From Gnetum montanum (taxonomy: Eukaryota > Plantae > Gnetophyta): a stretch of DNA of 64,000 nt. The position numbers and the translations under genes are program-made. The stretch is taken from contig MNCI01001310.1 of assembly GCA_015680685.1 (NCBI GenBank), positions 340,976 through 404,975 of the forward strand, given 5' to 3'. Positions 54,679 to 64,000 of the stretch are shown here, in pieces. The notes beneath the pieces were generated by a model, which saw only the letters and a list, made by a program, of their open reading frames with translations, searched no databases and had not been told where the DNA came from. Each line of letters begins with the position of its first letter. The stretch's first letter is position 1.

Positions 54679-54694
54679 CCTCCTTCTAGCGCCA
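54679..54694 (-). promoter_or_regulatory. Primer-binding site TGGCGCTAGAAGGAGG (matches the 3' end of plant tRNA-Asn, from recall)
   Basis: Lies 6 nt inside the 5' LTR boundary and begins TGG; the tRNA identity should be confirmed by alignment. Confidence 0.75.
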
Positions 54695-54700
54695 GAAAAC

Positions 54701-55983
54701 TGTAAGGACAGAAAACGTCGGTTGCTGGAAGCATCGAGAGGATTTCCGTGTACACAGTTTCAACCCCGGATCTGCGCGAGGGCCGTGCTAGGGAAAACGA
54801 ATCCAAGGTGCCCTGAATAATCTTGTTGATCAGACATGGACTTATTTGGTCAGTAAATTTTTTAATGATTGCGTAATGAGATGGTGATTTGATATGCGAA
54901 CGTAATACCAATTGACGAGAAGGACGAGATCTACTCCAAGATTGGATCTTGAAGGTAATGAAAACGATGTAAACTATGCAAAACAATTGTAAAAATAAAT
55001 GTAAATAGGATGCCATGAATAAAATTTTTAAGAAGAAAAAAAATGCACGATCCCGAGATCTGGGATCTATCTCATGGACAAATATGATGAATACAACAGG
55101 ACTCGCAAGCGGGCTTCGATTTGGACGAAGTATCTGCCGCCAACAAGAAGCTATTTAGAGATTAAACAAGAAAATGGCCAATCTACCTTGTTCACTAGCT
55201 AGTATGGGCGCAAGGGAGTCAGGCTCGAAGCAAAATGCTTACTAACTTGCAATCTCTGGACAATAAGCTTCTCTCTATCACCGTTGATGTTCTTGCCAGC
55301 TTTTGTCAATTTTTGCCAACAAAGTTTTCGGCGTCTTTGTTTTTGTTGCCAACTCTTTTTCGCCAAAATTTGCCAACTTTTGCCCACCCCTTGAGCGTTG
55401 TTTGTTAGGGTATTTATAGGATTAGGGTTAGGAGAAGAACGTGGTTTAAATGATGCATGTATTGGGCCCGCAGAATGTCATTGACTTGGTGTGCTGCAGC
55501 TAAAGTTTGTAATGCTACGCTGTGCTACGCTCTGAAGCGTAGCATAGCGTAACCACTCCGCAGCTATGCTGTAATACGCTAGGAAGCGTATCATGGCGTA
55601 ATGACTACTACTGTTTGAATTTTGTTGTCCTTGTTGTCGCAGCTATTTCAACTGTATTGCTTGCGTTACGCTGCGCTACGTTGCGTAGCGTAACGTGGCG
55701 TAATCCGCAAAAAGTTAAGAATTTGAAGAGTGGTTAACTTGCAAAGTTGAAGTGTTGTCACCGTGCATCCCTTGTTCTGTTTTGTCCTCCTGAAGTCTGC
55801 TACGCTGAGCTACGTAGCGTAGCATAGCAAACCCTCAACCAAAAAACAAAACTTGCCAAGATGTGTAAGTGTCTTCGGTGCTTCCATTGCTCGGATCTCT
55901 TGATGCTGCACTTGTGAAAAATCCTTGCCTAAACTTCGAGACTTTGTTGGATCATAGAGGTCTCGTAATTTCACGGTGTTTCA
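54701..55983 (-). repeat. 5' LTR of the Tat element
   Basis: Copy of 39347-40629; minus strand AACCCTAATCCTATAAATACCC (telo-box plus TATA) at ~55408-55429. Confidence 0.95.
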
Positions 55984-55988
55984 GTACC

Positions 55989-56570
55989 TACCTTGTAACA
56001 TCATTGAATCCACTTCTTTTTTCTTATTTTATCTAATTGGATGGACACCTCACCAACTTTTGTTTTCACATTTGAGAATTCCAAGACATCAATAATGGCT
56101 TTCACCAAATAGGAGATGGTGATGTCTTAGAAGATATACATCTCTTCTAAGTATCATTCTTCATTGGTCAAGATGGTGGACCACAAAGAAGATACTTGCA
56201 ACTACTCTTGAACCTCTTGGGGTGTAAACTTCAAGAAGAATCTAAAACTTAACTCTTAAAGCATCGAGTTTTGGATCTCCTTTATTCTAGTTTTCTTTAT
56301 GAAGGCTTTAGTAAGGATCACTTCGAGAGACTACCTTTGTCTTGATGTTTCATCCTTTCTTGATTATCTTGTTTCTATAGTGGAAATGTATCTAACAAGT
56401 TTCAACTCAAGTTTCTCTCTAATGGATCCTATTGCATGTATGACTTCAGGCTCTTATGCTTGCTCCCATCCATGGCTGCGTCCTCTATATGGTTTCTTTT
56501 TTATATGCTATGATGGACCTCCTATCTCTAAAACTCCTTTGCATGCCATTTGGATTCACATTAAGGATTA
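55989..56570 (-). mobile_element. Probable continuation of the interrupted family A element
   Basis: Resumes directly after the GTACC TSD; decayed coding-like sequence. Confidence 0.5.
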
Positions 56571-58989
56571 ATTATTATTTTTGGAATGATATTTATAAGA
56601 TTTGACCCTTTATCATCCTTAAAATTTTCCTAAATTTGGAGAATTTTAGTGTTAATATCCTTATGTGATTATGGAAGGATGTTTTGAAAGCTCTTAAGGT
56701 AGTTATATTATTTTAAATTTAAGTTACTTTTATTATTTTTAATGTTAACTACCTTAGATGTTTGAAACTTGGGGTTTTGAAAAGTTTCTCTATTATAGGT
56801 TAGATGTCCCCATGATGTAGAGCCTAACTTAGATAGCTCACAAGTTTAAAAATGGTAGAAATCAAAGGTCTGGTTCCTAATATATGGCTATAGAAGGCTC
56901 TAGCTTTTAAAAACTACAAAAAATCCTCTTGCACAAAGTTAAAATGATGAAAATTTCACTAATAGTTGATGCACATATATAGTAATTTTATATTTTGTAA
57001 ATGAGGGACACTATGTTAACACTATTGTGTCGATGCTACCAAAGTCAAATTTTCTTTGGAAATGAGTACAATTTAGAGGAATTTTTTAGTTAAATTAGAG
57101 CCTTAAAAGGATTCAAAGCTATGAGGACATGTCAAATGTTTGTGGATGATGAATTGCCTTTGTTTTATGAAGCTTGAAACATGAGGAATTGGGGTACTTG
57201 AAGTGTTATTTCTCAAAATGAAAAGAAAATGAACAAATGATGGTGCATAACACTAAAATGAACAACACTTTGATATCTTGGACTTGTGGAGTTGGTTCAT
57301 GAGCTAGATCTCTAAAAGTTATACAAGTGGATCCTTCCCAAGGCATGCTCCTATTTGAAATTCCCTTGTATAAACATCTCATAAGGTGTCCATGGGTATC
57401 TAGGAGACTGAATGTTGATTAAGTCTATGTTCTAAGAATCATATAACTATTATTGTCAGCACCTTGCACTAAACAAAACAAAATCATCTCACAATTGGAT
57501 GTAGTAGTGAGGTGAAATGGATTGGGAAAGAATTATAGATATCAAGATGTGAGGTATCTTACCATTTCCATGTTAGGTTCTTATGCCAATTATGATTAGA
57601 ATGACCATCATGTCTATCTATCTAGGTTTTAAGCCAAGTCCATAACATTATTAATGATATTACATTACATCATCTTGGACCCATCACCATAAGATCAACC
57701 AAAATCACATGAAAATACCATCACTTCTTAAGAAAAAATTGGGAAGCATGCATTAGATTTATGTTATAATTAGTTAATTATAAGTGTTTAAGTTAGAATC
57801 CTCAGCCATTGGGTAGAGGAGTGTCTTCAAGCATAAATCACATATTTGTCTAGCCCCATAGCCAATACTGATCCCACTAGTGGTACATCTTCAAGCATGA
57901 GTTACATGTCTTTTCAATCACATGATGAAACTAGTTCAAGAGACCTTGAGATTCTTGCAAGTAGTCTATATTTAGATATGGATTACATGTCTTTCAATGG
58001 TATCTCAGAAATGTTTTTACATATGTTAATTAATTAATGATTTCATTATTTTTACTAGAGGACTAGCTTTAGGCATGAATCACATCTTTTTTTAGTATGG
58101 TAGTAAGGTAACATCTTTTAATAAAGAAGATGCTTCCCATACAATTTAAACCATGAGTGATAGCATAACCAAGTGGAGTAGTGGGACTCATAGAGGAAGC
58201 CCAAAGAGTCAACAAGTGCCCTTGATGTCTAGAGTAGGTTCACTCTAATTTTATTTCACCTTCAAATCCCACTAAATCCAGATATTATAAAAGATAGTTC
58301 AATTTCCTAGAAAATGAGAAAAGTAGCTATTTTTAGTTAATGTAAAGGAGATTATAAATCAGTGGTTCTACAACCCACAATCCACCCACAAAAATTCAAC
58401 AATATTATAGAGCATAAGCTTTACAGCCACATAAAGAGTATCGTTAATTAAATAAGATCTCTCCCATAAACGAAGAATTGAGATCCAAACACACACAAGA
58501 GAAACATCACAACTATATTCTCATACATTCACAAGTATCTCTCATGCCTCTCATGATAAAAACATGAAACAACCATGGTATTTATTAAAAACTAAAGATA
58601 AGAAACATAGAAACCTTTTCTCAAGCTCAACTTGAAGATTCCACATTGTTTTTATCTCTTCTCATCTCATCTAGATTGTTTTCTAACTTGAAATTGCCAA
58701 ATTGGAAGTTTTCTTGATGAATGCTAAGATGTCTCCTATGTATGTGAGACATCTCTTGCAAGAGTGAGACATATCTAGAAAATTGGAACATCTTCCCTGA
58801 GATGTCTCTAAATAAAATGGGGCATCTTTGTAACTACCAAGATGTCTCCTCCAGATGTGAGGCATCTCCTGTCACAAGCTAGCTCTTAGCTAAGACATCT
58901 CTCAGACAGGTGGAACATCTCTTTTTTCCTCCCAGTTCTTAGCAAAGATGTCTCCTTGATCTCCAAGTTGTTTCAACAGTATTCAAAAC

Positions 58990-61900
58990 TTACAAAAACC
59001 ACCTATAGGGATGAACAAAGGTGACTAGGAGAGGTGTTCCTACACTGGCTCTCCCATTGTTCAACAAGTAGACTCATGTGAATAAGAGAGCAGGGGTAGA
59101 AGTGATTCCCCACTTAGAAAGTTTGGTATCATGAACTCATACAACATCATTAGCAGATTGATCATTCAAATTAATTAAGTACTCATACTTCTTCACTTCC
59201 TTAGTGTTATAGGCTTCCCTTCTCTTGAGTACGATTGTCTTCCTCTCCATTGAAGGCTTGGACTTGTCAATTACCTCCTTCAATTCATCAATGATACTTT
59301 GTATGGTTTCATCATTAACTAGGTTCATGGTAATGCACTAGATTTATAACATTAAACACAAAAGACATACCCACATCATTTCGTAAGTCAATTTCAAAAG
59401 CATTATTATTAATTTTGGCCTTGATTCAAAAAGGACCCACCTTCTTGGCTTTTGACTTTGAGTAGTTGATACCTCTCAACCCCTTCTTCTTCAAGTGCAA
59501 TCGAACTAGATCACCAATAGCAAAGTTAGGCTTCCACTTATTCTCATTCCTCTTGAGGATTTTCTCTTTAGCCTTCATCTCTAGATTTTCTTTCATTGGT
59601 GTACAAAGATCCCTCATCTCTTGCAAAAAATCAACATTGAGTTAAGCTTCTTCTTTAAAGCTCCTTATATTAGCCACCATTTTTCCATAAAAATTATAAT
59701 TCACCTCAAATGGGCTTTTTTCTAATGGTAACATGAAAAGTGTTATCATAGGAAAATTCAACATGACATAACAAATTTTACCATTGATAGGTCTATCCAT
59801 CACATAAACACCTCAAAATATTTAGTAAGGACTTGTTTACTACCTCCATTTGACCATCAAATTATGGATGATATTTACTAGAAAAATTCAGCTTTGTTTC
59901 TAAAATTTTTCAAAGGAAACTTAAAAAATGACTAGTGAACTTGGAGTATTTGTCACTAACAATATTCAAAGGAATTCCATACAACTTCACAACATGATGG
60001 AAAAATAAATTTGCCACATGAGAAGCATCACTCACATTTTTACATAGAATGAAGTATGTCATCTTGAAAAATCTATCCACCACAAAAAAAAATGGCATCA
60101 TTCCCACTTTTGGTATTTGGAATCCCACTTAAAAACTCCATTGACACACTTTCCCATGTACCCTTGGAAATCGACAAAGGAATATAATGTTTATTCATTT
60201 CTTTACCTCGTTTGAATCTCTAACATGTTAAATACTCCATAAATTTGGAAACTTAAGTTGTCATTCCTAGTTAAAAGTAATGCCTACCCATAAGCTCCAC
60301 TATTTTATCCCTCTACATATAACCTATCATGCCACCATAATGCTTTTCAACCAAAATTTTCTTTTGAAAATCATAATTAGGAACACATATATTCCCATTT
60401 TTAAATAATAGTTCATCTTGAATATGATAGTCCCTCCATTGGTCTATTCTACTTAATAGTGGTTCCTTTAGGCTCCTTCAAACCTACCCAAAATCATAAT
60501 TATATTCATAGAAATTAGGAAAATCAGCCATACCTTTCACATAAGGCACATTGAAATTCACTACATGTACCCTAGACAATGCATTAGCCACCACATTGGC
60601 TTTTTTACTTTTATGCTTGAGCACAAAATTGAACTGTTGTAACTGTGCAATCCACTTCATGTGTTTAGCACTCAACTTCTTTTGAGAATTTAGGAATTGA
60701 AGTGCTTTTTGATCCATTATCAAAGTGAACTTCTTGGGCAATAAGCAATGCCTCCAATGCTTGATTTCTTGAAGAATAGTATACAACTCCTTCTTATATA
60801 TGCTCTATTTCTACCTTGATTCATTCAATGTTTTTGAAAAGAAAGTGATAGGCCTACCTCTTATGAAAGTACCCCTTCAATGGCAAGTCCATTTGCATCC
60901 ACCTCCACTTGAAAAAGCTTATAAAAATCTTGATATACAAGCACCAGTTCACTAGTTGTTTTTACCTTCAACAATTCAAACGTCCTTTGGGTTTCAGCAC
61001 TCCATCTAAAATCTTTATTCTTCTTCAACCAAGCAAACTTAGGCCTAGAAATACCTTTCCAACATTCTTAGAAGTTGGCCAATCGCTAATGAATCTCACC
61101 TTAGTAGCTTCCATTTGAATTTAATTTTTAGAAACCACATGTCCCAAGTATATGATCTTCTTCTTGAAGAAATGACTTTTCTTTACATTGATCATCAAAT
61201 GTGCCTCCTCCAATTTAATACATACTTTTTTCACTAATCCAAATACTCATCTTCATTAAAGTTGTACACTGAAATATCCTCAAAGAAGATAATACAACAC
61301 TTACCAATCAATTCTTTGAGTACATCATGTATCAATCTCATGAATATAGTAGGTGCATTCATGAGCTCAAATGGCATCATCAACCGCTCAAATAATCCAT
61401 CCAGTGTTTTAAAAGCTATCTCCCACTCATCACGAAGCCTGATTTGAATTTGATGGTACCTACTCTTCAAATAAATTTTGCTAAATATCTCTAAATTGGT
61501 AAGAACATCAAGGATATTATCCATCCTTGGAATAGGAAACTTGTACCTCACTATTATCTTGTTCACTACCCTAGAATCAATGCACATCCTCTATTCATCA
61601 TTGTTCTTCTTAAGCACAAGTACAATTGGAACTGCATAAGGTGAAATGGATTCTGTCACGAAACCATTTGCAAGTAACTCCTCTACTTGTCTTTGCAATT
61701 CTACCCATTGATTCAGTTTCATCCAATATTCTCTCTCATTTGGAATGGTAGTAGTATGAATGAAATCAATTTGGTACTATACATTCCTCATTTATGGTAA
61801 TCCATCCAATTTCCCCTTAAACACCCTCAGAAATTGCTCCTTCAAGCTTAGCACACTTATTAGAAGTTCCAGCTACATAACATCATGGTTAAAAGTAATA

Positions 61901-63400
61901 GTTGATACAAAATAAATTCAAAACTAGTTTCATCATGTTTCTTAATATATTCCTACTCTTCTAAAAGGATTAAGGAAGCATTAAGTGAGCTTTTTTGGCC
62001 TCACTTGTTCAATTGTCATTGGAATCAACTCATGGATTCTATAAGGTCTAGCTACACTACATACATTTCTTGCTCATCAAATTGAGCACTATCATCAAAA
62101 TTCCAAGGTCTACTAAGAATTACATTAGCATAATTAATTAGAAGTACATCAAATTTCATAACATCATGAGAACTTGTAATTTGAAATTTCAAAACATATT
62201 TTTCTCTCACCTCTTGAGATAAATCTCTTGACAACCAATGTATCTTGTAGGATCTAGGATGATGAGAATTAATTACCAAACCCAATCTAGAAACTACCCT
62301 AGAGAAAATAACATTTTCCTAGACTCCTCCATTAATCAAAATGTGAATTCATTCCCCACAAAGAAAATATCTAGTCCCAATCTAAAATAAAAATTTTCTA
62401 GTAGGATGGTCTCTTCTATTCACATTCTTCATGAATGCACAAGAATATTTAGAATCTTCCTCAATCTTGGAAGCATTAGGATTACCTCCTTGAAGATCTT
62501 AGCTAGATGTCTCCTCTATTTCCATGGTTTGCACATCCTTGCGCTTAGTTACCTTGAGAAGTGGATATTCTCATTAATTTTGTTCCCATTCTGCACACTT
62601 GAAGCACTGAATCTTGGATGAGTTGTCTTCTTGATTTTTGTCTTTGTTGCCTTAGTCTTACCTAGCTTTGTTCTTCTCATCATTATTATTGGGCTTCTTG
62701 TCATGGCTACCATCCTTATCTTTAGATTTGGACTTGGATCCATTCTTTGATTTGGATTCCTTGTCCTTCCATTTTGAAGCTTATTTGCTCCTATTTTCAA
62801 ATCCATTGAGTTTCTTTTCTGCTTTGAGTGTCAAATCATAAGCCTCATCAATAGTTTATGGCTTATAGAATGACAACTCCTACTAATACAGCATGTTGAG
62901 ATCTCCAAGAAAGATTGAAGCTTGTTTGTACTTCTCCTAGTTTACCTTAGCTTGATGGAATAGTTTACAAAATTTTATGTAAAACTCCTTGAGATCTTTG
63001 TCACATTATCTTAGGAATTTTAACTTCATAATTGTCTCTTGTCTTTGTCAAGACTGTTTAAATTTTCTCATCAATCTATATTTCATTAGAGTCTAATCTA
63101 TGATAGGTTGACCATTTTTTCTTTCATAACCTTAGGATTCTATTCCACTAAGTAGAAGTCATACCTTCTAACCTAGATTTAGCAATTAGTACCCTTAATT
63201 GATTTCTTCCAAATTGAAATGCTTATCAAACACATTCAGCCAACTTGCAAAAGGATTAGTGTCATCTACACCATTGAAAGTCCTTAGTTCTACATATGAA
63301 AGTCTAGTAGCATTTCTAAATGCTCTATCAAGCCTTGCTTCATCCTCATTGTCAAGCCTACCATGAGAAGAAGTTGATGTCAACAATGAAACTCTAGTAT
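58990..63400 (-). mobile_element. CRM-like chromovirus Gypsy relic (gag-PR-RT-RH-INT)
   Basis: MCIDSRVVNKIIVRYKFPIPRMD (RT), KHWRHCLLPKKF (RH), VVDRFFKMTYFILC, LFFHHVVKLYGIP and KKVGPF (INT). Confidence 0.88.
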
Positions 63401-64000
63401 GAGGAAGTGGATTTCATTTCATTGGAATCCTTTACTAATGGGTTTCAATGGTTCCATAGCTAGATTTTTCTTCCTCATCATTTGCTCCTACTCCACTAAG
63501 TTGAAAAGTTTCTTCATCATCATTTAAATGTGAGTGTTTGATAAGTGATCTAGTGGCATTTTGTAAATCAATTGTAAGCCATGGATTTGGGTTGTGTCTC
63601 ATGCACCACTATTTATGATTTTTGGGTACATGTTTGAGGTTTCTATCTCTCAAGTATGCATCCTTACTTTCTAGTTCATACTTGTAGGTCTTCATCATAT
63701 TTTGAGCTTCATGGAAGTTTCCAGCTTCATTCAAGGTTCCTCAGAAGGCTTCGACATGTTCATAGGACTCTCGACTCTTATCTGGGAGAATAAGGATGAC
63801 GTATGGTAACAAGGATGTGTTGGCTTCTCTACACCAATACACCTCCTGCATCAGCATAGGGGTGTTGACATAGCTCCTTGATACCCTAGTTTGGATACTT
63901 TTCCTTCTCTACTACCTTGGATGTATTTTGGGGAGTCCAAACTATGTTGACAGATCTTTGTTGATGCCTAGGCATTAGCCAATCCTTGTCATTGTATTAC

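Larger units (their letters stand above)
39347..55983 (-). mobile_element. Full-length Ty3/Gypsy Tat-lineage (Ogre/Retand-like) LTR retrotransposon, 16.6 kb
   Basis: TSD GTACC (39342-46 and 55984-88); two ~1283-bp TG...CA LTRs, roughly 90% identical in the sampled portion; PBS and PPT present; order gag-PR-[5.4 kb]-RT-RH-aRH-INT. Confidence 0.95.

Overview
AT-rich, CpG-depleted eukaryotic DNA, most consistent with a large-genome land plant (a gymnosperm- or fern-like intron scale is inferred). The one host gene is a Ste20/GCK-VI (OSR1/BLUS1-related MAP4K) kinase on the + strand. Exons 1-3 lie at 11595-12691 and a 45-nt exon 4 at 25429-25473, after a 12.7 kb intron; I found no exon 5 in the remaining 38 kb. 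The rest is layered transposon sequence: a Gypsy family with a 3' extra ORF (4 LTR copies), a PIF1/Helitron relic, a foldback element, a Copia relic, RTE LINEs, tRNA-derived SINEs, a non-autonomous chromovirus-like element (TSD GTAAT) and a CRM-like relic. The main finding is a full-length 16.6 kb Tat/Ogre-type Gypsy element (39347-55983, minus strand, TSD GTACC). Its pol is split between protease and RT by a putative 5.36 kb intron. That intron holds an antisense gene of at least 7 exons, encoding an FCP1/NIF (CTD-phosphatase-like HAD) domain, a plant-transposon-like domain, an NLS-like motif, a coiled coil and an acidic tail. One ~22-bp motif forms arrays in three non-coding junctions of the element. 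Together these suggest an element-encoded regulator plus its cognate sites, possibly an anti-silencing system (hypothesis). All assignments were made by eye; no database searches were run.
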